Below, piece by piece: positions 47,735 through 60,852 of a stretch of 64,000 bases of DNA. The notes beneath the pieces are model-generated. The model was not told the origin of the DNA, ran no database searches, and saw nothing but the letters and a program-made list of their open reading frames with translations. Positions within the stretch are counted from its first letter, which is position 1; the number at the start of each line of letters is the position of its first letter. The stretch spans positions 64,001 through 128,000 of the forward strand of contig JBFRWN010000017.1 in NCBI GenBank assembly GCA_051439605.1, in the 5' to 3' direction. The position numbers were made by a program, and so were the translations under genes. Source of the stretch: Synechococcus sp. (GTDB taxonomy: Bacteria; Cyanobacteriota; Cyanobacteriia; Thermostichales; PCC-7336).

Positions 47735-50215
47735 TCAAAAGCATGTCGTTGGTTCTGAACTGGGCACGAACCGGATATCCGCTATTGAAATAACGAACTC
47801 TTGGGAGGTTTCTAGTCCTAAGGCTGAGATCGCCACAATTGGCTTCCCCTCTCTATCGAGGCAACCTAAATTGAACGTGGTTTCAGTCCATTCCCCTAAA
47901 GAAACTTCGCTCAACCAAGGGCTGACATCTAGCTCGAAGTGGCAAGTCTCTCCAGAGTCCACAAATAGCTTGACGGGACCTAGCGGGGCAGTATCAATCC
48001 GAAATTGAATCGCGATCGCCATGTCTTCTCTAAATTCTTGAGATACATCCGGGGATGAAGCCGCGATCGCCACTGATGCTATACCCTCGCCGCTCCATAC
48101 AAATTGGCGGGCATCCTCCTGAGCTAAGCGATCGACGGGTCGAACAATTAGGCTATTGCCAAACTGGGTGCGTGAGGCGATCTCGCGAATCGCAATGCCA
48201 GCGGCTCTCCCCTCCACTCTCCAAGGTTCCACAGGATCTCCGTAGGCAAACACAACTGATTTACTCGAATTCTCTAGGCTGCTGTCCTCTAAACCAGAGA
48301 CCTCAGACAGTTGTGCCAGATCCCCGGTGTCATCGTAGGTGAGACCGTAACCGTAGGGGAACTGAGGGTTGTAGACGCTATCTCCACGATTCAGCGGGGT
48401 TTGTACCGCGGAGCGGGGCCATGAAAAAGACAGCTTGCCCTTAAAGTCGTAATTGACTGACCCATCCGGCAGACGTACCAACACATCTGCGATCCCAGCC
48501 CCCTGCGTCCCCGGTAACCAAGCCGCCACAAAGGCATCGGCAGCATTCAACTCGGGATTTACCCACAGCGGTCGACCCGACAGAAAAACCGCAACAGTGG
48601 GAATTCCTGCAGCTCGATAGGACCTTAACAGGGTCAATTCCTGCTCTGATTTAAAGTCAAGGTGCTCCACATCTCCCTTAAATTCGGCATAGGGCTCTTC
48701 CCCAAATACGACAATTGCCACATCGGGAAGCTGCTTGTAGCTACCATCCACACTCAGGATCGCGTTCCCCCCCCCTGCCTCGATCGCAGCTCGAAGGCCC
48801 TCCCAAATCGAGATACCATTGGGGAAATCCGCGTTGCTATTGCCCGTCCCCTGCCAAGACAGCGTCCAACCCCCGCATTGTTTGCCAATGTCGTTAGCGC
48901 CGTCCCCCGTTACCAACACCCGCTGATTTGTAGCCAACGGCAGTAGATTCCCCTGATTTTTAATCAGAACCAACGATTCTCGCACCGCCTGCCGAGCCAC
49001 GGCTAAATGCTCCGGTGCCCCCAACACCTTGAGGTTGCTAGAGCTGACTCTTTGAGAGGGGGCTATTTTCTCAAATAACCCGAGCCGATATTTAACTCTG
49101 AGAATGCGGCGAACGGCGTCCTCCAGTCGATCTCGCGGAATCTGACCGGACTTCACCTGCACGATCGTGTTGTTGTAAAGCTTGCGCCAACTGGCGGGAG
49201 CCATAAACATATCGATCCCTGCATTCATGGCCGACGGACAGCTAGAGGGCGTGCAGCCGGGCACCGTTGCATGTCCGTCCCAATCCCCCACCACAAAACC
49301 GTTGAACCCCATGCGCTGTTTCAGCACTTCAGTCAGCAGACCTGTATGACCGTGTAACGGCTGTCCTTGCCAGGAGGAAAATGATGCCATCACCGTTTGC
49401 ACTCCAGCGGCGATCGCCGGAGGGTAGCCCGCCCCGTGGAGATCGCACAGTTCCGCCTCGCGATCGACGTTATCCCCCCGATCTTTGCCATTAACCGTGC
49501 CCCCATCACCAATAAAGTGCTTGGCCGTCGCCAACACTCGGTCATTCCCCAAAAAATCGTCACTATCCAGCTCCCCCTGTAGACCCTGCACAATTGCCAC
49601 AGCGTAGTCCGCCACAATCTCCGGGTTTTCTGAATAGCTTTCGTACGTGCGCCCCCAGCGATCGTCCTGCACCACCGCCAGCATGGGGGCAAAGGTCCAG
49701 TCGATACCAGTGGCAGCCACTTCTCTAGCAGTGATAGTCCCAATCTGGCGGAGTAAATCGGGGTTGCGGGCAGCCCCCAAGCCAATGTTATGGGGAAAAA
49801 TCGTGGCCCCGATAACATTGTTATGGCCGTGGACGGCATCGGTGCCCCACAGAAGGGGAATGGCAGACTTCCTTATCCCTCTGTTTTTTAGAGTGTCGAT
49901 GTCTTGTGTCGTGTTGATGGAAGCCCTATAAAACTCATCTGCAAGGGCCAACCATTCGGCAGCGGACGCACGTACGTTGTTCCCTGGTGCAGAGTTCCCC
50001 CCATTCAAAACAGATCCCAGCCGATATTGACGCATCTCATCTGGGGTAATGGAGGCAATATCCGCCTGGATCGTCTGTCCCACCATGTCTTCAAGGGTCA
50101 TGCTGGCCAACAACTCGTCAATTCGAGATTCGATCGCCGGGTCGAGGGGCACGCCACCACTGGAGGGGGGCCAGTTGATGGGGGTTAGGGTGGCGCTGTT
50201 GGATGGCAAAGTCAT
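47735..50215 (-). CDS. GH3 beta-glucosidase / exo-glucanase with C-terminal accessory domain
   Basis: GSVLNGG, DAVHGHNN, FPHNIGLGA, DDRWGRTYE, KHFIGDGGT, FVVGDW (nucleophile D), GEEPYAE, AWLPG. Confidence 0.93.
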   Translation of the reverse strand: MTLPSNSATLTPINWPPSSGGVPLDPAIESRIDELLASMTLEDMVGQTIQADIASITPDEMRQYRLGSVLNGGNSAPGNNVRASAAEWLALADEFYRASINTTQDIDTLKNRGIRKSAIPLLWGTDAVHGHNNVIGATIFPHNIGLGAARNPDLLRQIGTITAREVAATGIDWTFAPMLAVVQDDRWGRTYESYSENPEIVADYAVAIVQGLQGELDSDDFLGNDRVLATAKHFIGDGGTVNGKDRGDNVDREAELCDLHGAGYPPAIAAGVQTVMASFSSWQGQPLHGHTGLLTEVLKQRMGFNGFVVGDWDGHATVPGCTPSSCPSAMNAGIDMFMAPASWRKLYNNTIVQVKSGQIPRDRLEDAVRRILRVKYRLGLFEKIAPSQRVSSSNLKVLGAPEHLAVARQAVRESLVLIKNQGNLLPLATNQRVLVTGDGANDIGKQCGGWTLSWQGTGNSNADFPNGISIWEGLRAAIEAGGGNAILSVDGSYKQLPDVAIVVFGEEPYAEFKGDVEHLDFKSEQELTLLRSYRAAGIPTVAVFLSGRPLWVNPELNAADAFVAAWLPGTQGAGIADVLVRLPDGSVNYDFKGKLSFSWPRSAVQTPLNRGDSVYNPQFPYGYGLTYDDTGDLAQLSEVSGLEDSSLENSSKSVVFAYGDPVEPWRVEGRAAGIAIREIASRTQFGNSLIVRPVDRLAQEDARQFVWSGEGIASVAIAASSPDVSQEFREDMAIAIQFRIDTAPLGPVKLFVDSGETCHFELDVSPWLSEVSLGEWTETTFNLGCLDREGKPIVAISALGLETSQEFVISIADIRFVPSSEPTTCF

Positions 50216-50436
50216 AGCAATAAGAGTGCAGCAACATGGCAAGAGTAAAAGCAGTTGGGAGATTGCTTACGTTTTCAAATAACTGCGTGGCATAGCAATA
50301 CGAAGGCAAGAGTAGACAATGACACTAAAGACAGGCTTCTCGCAATCCCATTGCACCGAAGGTATGACAGTCTCAAGTCAGGTGAAAGCAGAAACGATTT
50401 CTGGGCTGTCTAATTCATCACGGGCTTGTTTCCTGC

Positions 50437-50770
50437 TCAACATTGATGTCTCTGCATGGTTTGACCAACCTTTGCGATCGCCAGAAGACCAGTCGCAACC
50501 ATCACAATACCAGCAGTAACGTTCATGGTCTTTGTGTTCTAGAACTTTGAAAAAGCACTCTCGCCCTATCCGCCATATAGGTGTACATCAGCTTGCCTCC
50601 ACCTACGGCTGCAGTGGTAACGAGCATGAAGAGACTAGTGTCAACCGATGACAGGTTAGACAATTCGAGAAAAGCAGGCAAGAAACCAACATAGAAAACA
50701 ATTGCTTTTGGATCTCCTAACGTCAGCAAAATACCGAAGAGAAAATTAGACACTCAAGAGAGTGTATTTT
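50437..50770 (-). pseudogene. LysE/RhtB-family translocator remnant (3' half, frameshifted)
   Basis: GILLTLGDPKAIVFYVGFLPAF...; after a frameshift continues MNVTAGIVMVATGLLAIAK; N-terminal half absent. Confidence 0.72.
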
Positions 50771-51045
50771 TCTCATGGGACAGTACGAGTCCCAATGGTT
50801 TGCTCAAGCCCTCTGGCACGTTCTCAATATTGAAGCGATCTAAATAGATCGAGCTATACCTTTACTTGTTGATAATCGAGCTGGCCCATTTTCTAAACTC
50901 TAGATTTTTCCTTCTGTCTGCTCAATCGTCCTCAGGCCCCATTTAGCCCAAACCATCTCAGTCAATCCCAAAGGCTAATGTTTGAAATGCTAACTGCACC
51001 AAACACCACCTTAGTTCCGCAGCATCATTAATACATCAAACAAAC

Positions 51046-51071
51046 AAAAAGCAGCACTTCATAAGTGCTGC
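51046..51071 (-). terminator. Intrinsic terminator of sqdB
   Basis: GCAGCACTT-CAT-AAGTGCTGC stem; preceding A run gives the U-tract on the minus strand. Confidence 0.75.
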
Positions 51072-51098
51072 GTAAGAAAATGATAGGGAACTTAAGAA

Positions 51099-52280
<1,182 letters not shown>

Positions 52281-52723
52281 TTACCAGCATGGGGCACCTA
52301 ATATCAAATGTCCTGTCAGTTCCTCAAAGGAGAGCAAAAGCTGTGTATACCGTTGGGGAAAGGGCGTTTTGACGGAAGCTGAGTTGGAGGACAAATGGAT
52401 TCCAGAGGGCTTCAGACGGGAGTGGATAGGGGAGATTTGTGGCAGGCTGTAGCAGAATCCCCAAATACGATGTGATTGGATCTCTGCGCTCGCCGGTCTT
52501 TCCACCACAAAGCTTTTGAAGCGATCGTAAACCTGTCTCCAGTCATCGATCCAGATTGTAGACAGTTAAGTTTCTGCTGACCGTTAAGGGGGGTTGTGGA
52601 ACGTCCTGCTGTCGCGAAGAGCGATTTATTAGGAGGTAATGAAATTTATCTCCCTTTGCAAGGGCGATCGCTTGGTAGATTAGGTCTGGCTTACTGACGC
52701 GGATACACAGCAGGACAACGGCA

Positions 52724-53980
52724 ATGGCAAAATCCACATTCCACCGACCAGCGGCAGGGGCGCGAGACCTCTTGCCGTTGGATGTGGTGCAAAAGCAGTG
52801 GGTTGAACGCCATCTGCGTCAGGTGTTTGAACGCTGGGGATACCGCCGAATTATTACGCCAACCTTGGAACGCTTGGATACCCTGACGGCTGGTGGGGCA
52901 GTCCAGCCGGGGGCGGTGCTACAGGTGCGCGATAGCGAAGGCACGATGCTGGGGTTGCGCCCCGAAATGACTGCATCGATCGCACGTGCCGCCGCCACTC
53001 GCATGGCGGGAACGGCGTTACCGTTGCGGCTGTACTATAACGCCAACGTTTTTCGGAAGGCCCGCCACGATAACGAGTTTTTCCAGGCAGGGGTGGAGCT
53101 CATTGGGGCTCCTGGCTGGCTGGCAGATACAGAGGTGATACTGCTATTGGCAGAATGCTTGAACGCGCTGGAGTTACAGGATTGGTCGTTGATTGTCGGG
53201 GAAGTGGGGTTGACAGAGAGTTTGCTGAGCGCGATTTCCCCTTCGGCAAAGGCAGAGGTACATCGGGCAATCGCCAATCTTGACCGCGTGTATCTAGAAA
53301 CAGCGGAGATGCCCGAGAGCGATCGGCAGGCAGCACTGCAGGTACTGGATTTGCGGGGGGTACCCCAGGAGGTGTTCCGCAAGCTTAAGGAGTTAACTCT
53401 GCCCAATACCGAGCGGCAGAGGGTGAAGGATTTAGAACGATTGTGTCATGCTCTGACTGCGCAAGGACTGCCTGTAATTTTAGACCTCAGCTTGTTAGAA
53501 GGCTTTGGCTACTACACCAGCACAGTGTTTCAAGCGGTGTGTGGTGCCGAGAAGTTGGGCCTAGGGGGGCGGTACGATGCGCTGTTCTCACTGTACAGTC
53601 CTAACGGGGAAAAGCAGGCGGGAATGGGCTTCTCCTTAACCTTGGAATCTTTGCAGCGGGTGTTGCAATCCAGCGATCGCCTACCGCAGTCTTCTCGCAA
53701 GACCCATACACTGTTGGTGCCAACAGAGGTGGAGGCGGTGCCTTCCGTGCTCAAGCTGGCTGCAGAGTTGCGGGCACAGCACCCCAATCAGGGGATCGAA
53801 ATTGAGCTGCTGGGGGATTTTTCGGCGGGACAAAAGGCGCGATCGCCTGAAGACATTGTTGGGTATGCTCGCTCTTGCCAGATAGAAGAGATTGCCTGGG
53901 TGCAGGCGGATGGAAGTTTTCACACGACACGCACCCCTATCAATTCGAAGGAACTATCCATTCGGGAGGCTCTTTCATGA
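52724..53980 (+). CDS. hisZ: ATP phosphoribosyltransferase regulatory subunit
   Basis: [42 protein letters not shown]. Confidence 0.93.
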   Translation: MAKSTFHRPAAGARDLLPLDVVQKQWVERHLRQVFERWGYRRIITPTLERLDTLTAGGAVQPGAVLQVRDSEGTMLGLRPEMTASIARAAATRMAGTALPLRLYYNANVFRKARHDNEFFQAGVELIGAPGWLADTEVILLLAECLNALELQDWSLIVGEVGLTESLLSAISPSAKAEVHRAIANLDRVYLETAEMPESDRQAALQVLDLRGVPQEVFRKLKELTLPNTERQRVKDLERLCHALTAQGLPVILDLSLLEGFGYYTSTVFQAVCGAEKLGLGGRYDALFSLYSPNGEKQAGMGFSLTLESLQRVLQSSDRLPQSSRKTHTLLVPTEVEAVPSVLKLAAELRAQHPNQGIEIELLGDFSAGQKARSPEDIVGYARSCQIEEIAWVQADGSFHTTRTPINSKELSIREALS

Positions 53981-54654
53981 CTACAATTACGGTTGCATTG
54001 GCAAAGGGGGAGCTTCTGAAGGAGGGAGTGTCTCTGTTTCAGAGCGTGGGAATTGATTTTAGTCAGTTGCAGGATAAGAGCAATCGATTGTTGCGGGTGA
54101 CGTCCCCTACTAGCCCGGATGGAAATACGTATGAGGCGTTGTTGGTGCGCACCCACGATGTACCAGTGTATGTGGAGTACGGGCAGGCGCAGCTTGGAGT
54201 CGTTGGCTATGACGTGATGCGAGAGAAACAGGCTCGGATTGCGCAGCTGGCTGACCTCAAGTTTGGTGGTTGTCGCATGTCGGTGGCGGTGAAAAGCGAT
54301 AGCCCTTATAAATCCGCGTTGGATCTTCCAGCGAATGCGCGGATTGCGTCGAAGTTTGTCAATTGTGCGGCGGAATTTTTTGAGACGCTGGATCTCCCTG
54401 TCGAAATCATTCCACTGTATGGTTCGGTGGAGCTGGCACCTCTGACAGGGATGGCGGAGGCAATCGTGGATTTGGTGGCGACGGGGCGCACGCTGCGGGA
54501 GAACGGGTTGGTGGAGTTGGATTGTATTTACGAGAGTACGGCGCGGTTGGTGGCGCATCCGATTAGCTATCGATTGGATCGTGGGAACTTGTCGGAGTTA
54601 GTAGCTCGCATTCGAGAGAGTGTGACGCATTCAAGTTATGCGGCTTTGCGGTAA
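53977..54654 (+). CDS. hisG: ATP phosphoribosyltransferase (short form)
   Basis: [55 protein letters not shown] overlap with hisZ stop. Confidence 0.95.
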   Translation: MTTITVALAKGELLKEGVSLFQSVGIDFSQLQDKSNRLLRVTSPTSPDGNTYEALLVRTHDVPVYVEYGQAQLGVVGYDVMREKQARIAQLADLKFGGCRMSVAVKSDSPYKSALDLPANARIASKFVNCAAEFFETLDLPVEIIPLYGSVELAPLTGMAEAIVDLVATGRTLRENGLVELDCIYESTARLVAHPISYRLDRGNLSELVARIRESVTHSSYAALR

Positions 54655-54954
54655 GGGACTGGCTCAGAAAGAAGTTATTAAGCAAAAGCCACCATCGAAC
54701 TTGGCCTCAAAGAATACCGGATGAGAACAGTCCGATGCAGTCTGAATAGCGAGTCAAGCAGAAGCCAACCCGATGAAACTCAGTGAGCCAATATCAGCCA
54801 CAATCAAATATGCTACGCGAAAACTTCAGGGTCAAAGAAAGGATTGTTAATGGTACAAGGGGTACTCGATCGCTTTAAGAGGTCTGACTGCAAATGCGAG
54901 ACAGCACCGGATTGGGACCGCAGTACAGTTGAAATTTGGGAGAATTCGGGGACA

Positions 54955-55728
54955 TTAGCTGCGATCGCCTGTTCGAAGAGAGCTTTCGGAAAGCGCGTCT
55001 CGTCCCTTAAGCCTTAAGGAAATTGCCCGGCCCAGGAAAATCGGATTACCAAGAAGATAGCGTTGGCACAATCGCTGGGGTTCTTGAATGAGTCGATGCA
55101 GCCACTCAAGTCCCAGCTTTCTAAGAATAAACGGTGCACGCGGAACATCACCCGAACTAATATCAAATAGAGCTCCGACTCCAATTTGGACAGGGATGTC
55201 GATCTCCTCAAAATTTCTGGATATCCACAATTCTTGTTCCGGTACCCCTTTTGCCAGTAACAAGATCGATGCTCCGCTATTATTTAGCTTTTTTATTACG
55301 CCTTGTTCCTCATTCGCCTTGAAGTATCCGTGATGAATCGGTAGTATTTCTAGGCCGTGGAATCGCTTCGCCATCACAGTTGAGCAGCGTTCTGCAACTC
55401 CAGGCTTGGCACCGAGTAGAGCAATTTTTATATTCATTCGAACCGCCGCTTCGCAAAGCAGCGGAAACAAATCAGTTCCGTTGACGTTATCGCTGAGGGG
55501 TTCTCCGGCTAGTTGGGCTGCAAACTTCATGCCAATACCATCTGCACAGATATAATTGGCCCCCTGGAGTGCATCGAGGTATTTCTGGTTTCGGGCAGCA
55601 ACATTTACGCAATGTGCATTGATAAAAAAAACTTTTCGCTTGGTACCGCTTTGCGCATCATGAATCAATCTGCGTGCTACTTCTTGAAGTGTTGTATCCA
55701 GTATGGGCAACCCAAAAAGCTTGGTCAT
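54955..55728 (-). CDS. WecB/TagA/CpsF family glycosyltransferase
   Basis: FINAH, ADGIG, NVNGTDLFP, HHGYF, GVP.QELWI, GVGALFD, RAP...LGLEWL.RL.QEP.RL..RY. Confidence 0.92.
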   Translation of the reverse strand: MTKLFGLPILDTTLQEVARRLIHDAQSGTKRKVFFINAHCVNVAARNQKYLDALQGANYICADGIGMKFAAQLAGEPLSDNVNGTDLFPLLCEAAVRMNIKIALLGAKPGVAERCSTVMAKRFHGLEILPIHHGYFKANEEQGVIKKLNNSGASILLLAKGVPEQELWISRNFEEIDIPVQIGVGALFDISSGDVPRAPFILRKLGLEWLHRLIQEPQRLCQRYLLGNPIFLGRAISLRLKGRDALSESSLRTGDRS

Positions 55729-56070
55729 AAGCCGGTCGTGTATTCTACACGGAGAGTTAACCTTATACAGATATACTTAAAATATGTACATGCTTTTTGT
55801 CAAATCACCCAAATTATGTTGAAACAATCTTGAGGTGATCGCTGTTGAGTGTCAGCTCATCTCGATCCCGACTAAGAAAAACCACGGCTCTACACCTCAA
55901 TAAAATCTTTACCTGGGGAAAGTTTAATCAGTTCTTCAGGTAAGCAATTCTTATAAGAGAGGAGGAGTTTGTTCTGAGTGCTAGGATAGCTTGAACACCG
56001 TAGGACAAGGATTATCGTTACGCCGTCCCAGTCTGGCTAGCGAATATATCTTCTGAAAGAGGGATTTGCC

Positions 56071-57705
56071 GTGAACGCCCCAACCATCACCCCAACCAAT
56101 CCAGATGTTCAAAGTGAAGACGTTGCTGTAGACCCCCCTGAAATTGATCGCCAAACGATCGCAATTTTGGACTTCGGTTCACAATATTCTGAATTGATCG
56201 CACGCCGTATCCGCGAAACTAAAGTGTATTCCGAGGTGTTGTCCTACAGCACTTCCGCCGAGCAACTGGCCAAGCTGAAACCACGCGGCATTATTTTGTC
56301 CGGTGGCCCTAATTCTGTTTACGATCCATACCCCCCTCTGTGCGATCCGGGCATTTGGGATTTGGGTATTCCCATTTTGGGGGTTTGCTACGGCATGCAG
56401 CTGATGGTGCAGTCATTGGGCGGTCAGGTGGAACCGGCAGCTAAGCCAGAGTACGGCCGTGCAAAACTATCCATCATTGACCCAACCGACTTGCTAACAA
56501 ACGTTTCGGACGGCGGCATCATGTGGATGAGCCATGGGGACTCCGTCACCCGCCTTCCAGATGGATTTGGTGTACTGGCTAAAACCCAAAATACCTCCCA
56601 CGCAGCGATCGCCGACTGCGATCGTCATCTCTACGGCGTACAGTTCCACCCCGAAGTCGTTCACTCCGAAGATGGACAAGCATTAATCTGCAATTTCGTC
56701 TATCACATTTGTAAATGCGAGCCCACTTGGACGGTGGAAGCATTTGTAGATGAAGCGGTGCGGGAAGTGCGTGCCAAAGTGGGCGACAAACGAGTTTTGC
56801 TGGCCCTCTCCGGTGGTGTCGATAGTTCCACCTTGGCGTTTTTGTTACATAAGGCAATTGGCGATAACTTGACCTGCTTGTTTGTCGACCAGGGCTTTAT
56901 GCGCAAAGGTGAGCCAGAAAGACTGGTGGAGTTGTTCGAAAATAAATTCCACATTCCGGTCGAATTTGTGAAAGCCCGCAAACAGTTTATTTCACAACTG
57001 GAAGGGGTTACCGATCCCGAGCGCAAGCGCAAAATCATCGGGGCTGAATTCATCAAAACCTTCGAGGTGGAATCAACGCGCTTGGGGCCATTTGATTACC
57101 TCGCCCAAGGAACCCTCTACCCCGATGTGATTGAATCCGCCAATACCAATATCGATCCCAAAACTGGCGAGCGGGTTGCTGTCAAAATTAAGAGTCACCA
57201 CAACGTCGGCGGACTCCCCGAAAAGCTTCGCTTTAAGCTAGTGGAGCCCCTCCGCAAGTTATTCAAGGATGAAGTCCGGCAGGTGGGGCGTTCACTGGGC
57301 TTGCCAGAAGAAATCGTCATGCGCCATCCCTTCCCCGGACCCGGTTTGGCAATTAGAATTATCGGAGAGGTTACCCGAGAAAGGTTGAATACCCTCCGAG
57401 ACGTTGACCTCATTGTGCGCGAAGAAATCAATCGCGCGGGGTTGTACTTTGATGTTTGGCAAGCTTTTGCCGTGCTGCTGCCCACGGTACGCTCTGTTGG
57501 CGTGATGGGAGACAAGCGCACCTATGCCTCCCCTGCTGTCATTCGAGTGGTCAGCAGTGAAGATGGCATGACCGCTGATTGGTCTAAGTTGCCTTACGAA
57601 GTCTTGGAAACCATGTCCAACCGAATTGTAAATGAAGTGGTAGGGGTGAACCGCGTCACCTACGACATCACATCCAAGCCTCCTGGAACCATTGAGTGGG
57701 AATAA
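56071..57705 (+). CDS. guaA: GMP synthase (glutamine-hydrolysing)
   Basis: [62 protein letters not shown]. Confidence 0.99.
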   Translation: MNAPTITPTNPDVQSEDVAVDPPEIDRQTIAILDFGSQYSELIARRIRETKVYSEVLSYSTSAEQLAKLKPRGIILSGGPNSVYDPYPPLCDPGIWDLGIPILGVCYGMQLMVQSLGGQVEPAAKPEYGRAKLSIIDPTDLLTNVSDGGIMWMSHGDSVTRLPDGFGVLAKTQNTSHAAIADCDRHLYGVQFHPEVVHSEDGQALICNFVYHICKCEPTWTVEAFVDEAVREVRAKVGDKRVLLALSGGVDSSTLAFLLHKAIGDNLTCLFVDQGFMRKGEPERLVELFENKFHIPVEFVKARKQFISQLEGVTDPERKRKIIGAEFIKTFEVESTRLGPFDYLAQGTLYPDVIESANTNIDPKTGERVAVKIKSHHNVGGLPEKLRFKLVEPLRKLFKDEVRQVGRSLGLPEEIVMRHPFPGPGLAIRIIGEVTRERLNTLRDVDLIVREEINRAGLYFDVWQAFAVLLPTVRSVGVMGDKRTYASPAVIRVVSSEDGMTADWSKLPYEVLETMSNRIVNEVVGVNRVTYDITSKPPGTIEWE

Positions 57706-57733
57706 TGTCTCGAATCGCTGATTCCTAATTGAA

Positions 57734-57764
57734 AGAGACCTGCAGTCTTCATCTGCGGGTCTCT
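57734..57764. terminator. Hairpin between convergent guaA and glgC
   Basis: AGAGACCTGCAG-N7-CTGCGGGTCTCT. Confidence 0.6.
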
Positions 57765-57945
57765 CAGATTTCTCATCCAACAATCAGCGAACTCTCGCAA
57801 TGCTATTGCGACCGTCAAGTCGCTTAGGACATTCTAGCTATCCAAATCAGTGACTGGGCGTAGAGACTTACGTCCTCACTAACATAATCAAAGACTATAG
57901 TTACTGTTGTCAAAGCTCTGCTGGATACAATCGCTAGCGAATCAA

Positions 57946-59238
57946 CTAAACAACCGTTCCATCAGGAATCGTCGAACCGCGCACCACAAGCACAATGCCG
58001 TCGCGAATGTAGAATCCCTCATCTTCGCGCTGGGCTTCCTGGACACGATCCTTGTTAAGGATGCGAACTCCATTTCCAATGCGAGAATTCTTATCAATGA
58101 TGGCGTTGCGAATATGACAGTCTTTGCCAATTCCCAGGGGGGGAATCCCAGAATTAACGCTTGCTTGGCGATCCTCTGAGGACTCGTACTCATCTGCTCC
58201 CATCACCAGCGTATTCTCGATAATAGTGTTGCTTTCAATACGAGAGCGAACCCCAAGAATCGAGCCAGAAACCTGAACTCCATCCTTGACGATGCAACCG
58301 TCACAAACAATGGATTCTCGGATGTTAGCACCCAAGATTTTGTTGGGAGGCAGGAAACGAGGACGGGTAAAAATGGGTGCGTTGGAGTCGTAAAAGCTAA
58401 AGGGTGGCCTAGGCTGTTGCGTCAGGCTTAGGTTTGCCTTGTAAAATGCTTCAACCGTTCCAATATCTTCCCAATAGCCCTTGAACAGGTAAGCTTGAAC
58501 CTTGAAATCCTTCATGGCGGAAGGAATCACTTCTTTGCCGAAATCAGTATGCTCTGGGGCCCGCTTCAGCATTTCTTTCAAAGCTTCTCGCCGGAAAACA
58601 TAGATACCCATGGATGCAATGTAGGGCATAGTTTTTGCCTTCTCGGCATCCAAGCCCATAGACTGGGTGTCTACCTGCATTGACCGCAGTTCTTCTCCTT
58701 CGGGTTTCTCCTTGAAGTCAATAACACGACCCCCAGCATCGATTTTCATCAAACCGAAGGCAGAGGCTTGAGCTTCAGCAACAGGAACCACTGATAATGT
58801 CACGTCTGCATTAGTGGCGCGGTGATGTTCGATGAATTTGGAATAGTCCATTCGATAGAGATGATCGCCGGACAGGATCAAGTATTCAGAACATTTCCAG
58901 GATTCCATCAGCCACAGATACTGACGCACTGCATCAGCAGTGCCCTGAAACCAGTCGGGGTTTTCGGCAGTTTGTTCTGCCGCAAGAACATCGACAAAGC
59001 CTTCCGAAAATGGAGAGAATCGATAGGTATTAACTAAGTGTCTATTTAGTGAAGCAGAATTAAACTGGGTCAGAACGTACATCTTCTGAATTTGAGAGTT
59101 GATGCAGTTGCTGACCGGAATGTCGATCAACCGATATTTACCGGCTAAAGGCACGGCTGGCTTAGCTCGACGTTTCGTTAACGGGTACAGACGCGTTCCT
59201 CTGCCTCCCCCCAGAATGATCGCGAGTACGTTGCGCAT
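57946..59238 (-). CDS. glgC: Glucose-1-phosphate adenylyltransferase
   Basis: [57 protein letters not shown]. Confidence 0.98.
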   Translation of the reverse strand: MRNVLAIILGGGRGTRLYPLTKRRAKPAVPLAGKYRLIDIPVSNCINSQIQKMYVLTQFNSASLNRHLVNTYRFSPFSEGFVDVLAAEQTAENPDWFQGTADAVRQYLWLMESWKCSEYLILSGDHLYRMDYSKFIEHHRATNADVTLSVVPVAEAQASAFGLMKIDAGGRVIDFKEKPEGEELRSMQVDTQSMGLDAEKAKTMPYIASMGIYVFRREALKEMLKRAPEHTDFGKEVIPSAMKDFKVQAYLFKGYWEDIGTVEAFYKANLSLTQQPRPPFSFYDSNAPIFTRPRFLPPNKILGANIRESIVCDGCIVKDGVQVSGSILGVRSRIESNTIIENTLVMGADEYESSEDRQASVNSGIPPLGIGKDCHIRNAIIDKNSRIGNGVRILNKDRVQEAQREDEGFYIRDGIVLVVRGSTIPDGTVV

Positions 59239-59613
59239 GATATAGACTCCCTCCAGCGTATTGATGCTTGGCATCCGCCCCTAGCATAAATCCTACTGGG
59301 AGCACTTTTGGACGTTTAAATCACATTCGCAGGTAAGTCAGAGAGCGATCGCCTCGTTCTGTCTTGAATGCAAAATTAAGCGATCCCCGCGAGAGTGCAC
59401 ATCTTCTATTGCAGCCCAGTCGCTGACAAAGTGGCACAAAGTAGGGCTACACCTCCCTTCGAATGTCCACCATCCCTCATGCGACACCAGCAGAGACAAA
59501 ATCACTTGGAGAGACTGTTCCGGAAAGATCTCTAGTAGGCAAGGTGCTGCTGGCTGCCTCAGTTCCTGTTAGGCTCGCTGAGGGTATCACAACTTGGAGA
59601 TCGAAGGGGCAAT

Positions 59614-59913
59614 ATGATTTTAGAAGTAGCAGCAATCCAGGTTCAGTCGGGTCAAGAACGCGAGTTTGAAACCGCGATTTCCACTGCCTACCGTCTGTTA
59701 GAGAAAACAGAGGGATACCGTTCCCATCATTTGCGGCGCTGCGTAGAGGACGGTACTCGCTATCTGCTGACCATCGACTGGGAAACCTTGGAAGCTCACA
59801 CTGTCAATTTTCGTCAGTCAGAGAATTTCACAACTTGGCGATCGATTATTGGGCCATTTTTCGCTGCCCCCCCCTACGTAATGCATTACGAATTAGTGCA
59901 CAGCAGCGTTTAA
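59614..59913 (+). CDS. Antibiotic biosynthesis monooxygenase (ABM) family protein
   Basis: MILEVA.I.V..G.E.EFE, GY.SH.L.RCVE...RYLL...WETLEAHTV.FR.S. Confidence 0.85.
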   Translation: MILEVAAIQVQSGQEREFETAISTAYRLLEKTEGYRSHHLRRCVEDGTRYLLTIDWETLEAHTVNFRQSENFTTWRSIIGPFFAAPPYVMHYELVHSSV

Positions 59914-59983
59914 TAAGTCTTACCCTGAGCCGAGCATTTCTGCGATCGACTTACACTGAGATGGATAGCTATCTACACATGCG

Positions 59984-60412
59984 ATGAATGCCTCTCAATC
60001 CTCAACTGCCAAACCAAAAACGAATGCCGACCCACAGGGGGGCACTACTCTAACCCCCGATTTTCGTTTGCCGGCGATCGTTGCTTTACTAGCTGCCCCT
60101 TTATTCTTTATGTCGCTATGGGTTTGTGGGGCGATCGAGCTATTCGCGATTTTCTTAGTGGTGCAAACCGCCACGTTACGGCTAACGTTTGCGGACACCA
60201 GTCTCAAAGTCTTTCGGGGAGACACCGAGATTCGCGACTTTCCCTATTCTGAATGGATAAACTGGGAGATTTTTTGGTCTCCTGCCGCCATCTTGTTTTA
60301 CTTCAAAGAGGTAAACAGCATTCACTTTGTACCGGTGATTTTCGATGTCAATGAGCTTCGCCATGCATTGCAAATCCACGCTCCCAAGGGGTCTACTGTG
60401 CAATCCAGCTAG
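59984..60412 (+). CDS. DUF3119-type membrane protein
   Basis: Two TM helices, QTA.LRL.F, FPY.EW.NW.IFW....LFYFKEVNSIHF.P. Confidence 0.82.
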   Translation: MNASQSSTAKPKTNADPQGGTTLTPDFRLPAIVALLAAPLFFMSLWVCGAIELFAIFLVVQTATLRLTFADTSLKVFRGDTEIRDFPYSEWINWEIFWSPAAILFYFKEVNSIHFVPVIFDVNELRHALQIHAPKGSTVQSS

Positions 60413-60564
60413 CTTTCTGACTCACCTGTATCCCAGATGTATATATCTGTTGCCATTTCAGTTGGGCCAGCAAGACGTTGAACGGTTGGGGCTCCGGATA
60501 GCTGAGATATCCTCAATGACTTGACGATCGCTGTAAAATCCCTTCAAAAAAGAGGACAAGCACG

Positions 60565-60852
60565 ATGTCCAACGAACATTTTATACTCTACAGCAAGCCA
60601 GGATGCCATCTGTGCGAAGGATTGGAAGAAAAGCTAAGGCAAATCGCAGAGGTCTCTGACACCTTAGAAGTTAGGGACATCACCACAAATGATGCCTGGT
60701 TAGGACGATATAGCTTAGAAATTCCGGTTTTGTGTTGGAGCCAAGCGGGTCAAGAGACAGAGCTGCCGCGCTTTTCTCCCCGTGCTACAGTTGCGCACAT
60801 CAGAGCTAAGGTGTGTGGTTATGTCAAAGCTTCTGACGGATCTGCTCGGTAA
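60565..60852 (+). CDS. Glutaredoxin-like (DUF836) protein
   Basis: LYSKPGCHLCEGL.EKL, RDIT, Y..EIPVL, LPR.SPR; overlaps murE start. Confidence 0.85.
   Translation: MSNEHFILYSKPGCHLCEGLEEKLRQIAEVSDTLEVRDITTNDAWLGRYSLEIPVLCWSQAGQETELPRFSPRATVAHIRAKVCGYVKASDGSAR

Noticed and set aside
53920..54558. 212-aa ORF antisense to hisG
   Set aside because: Fully overlaps a conserved gene; composition is typical of a shadow frame.
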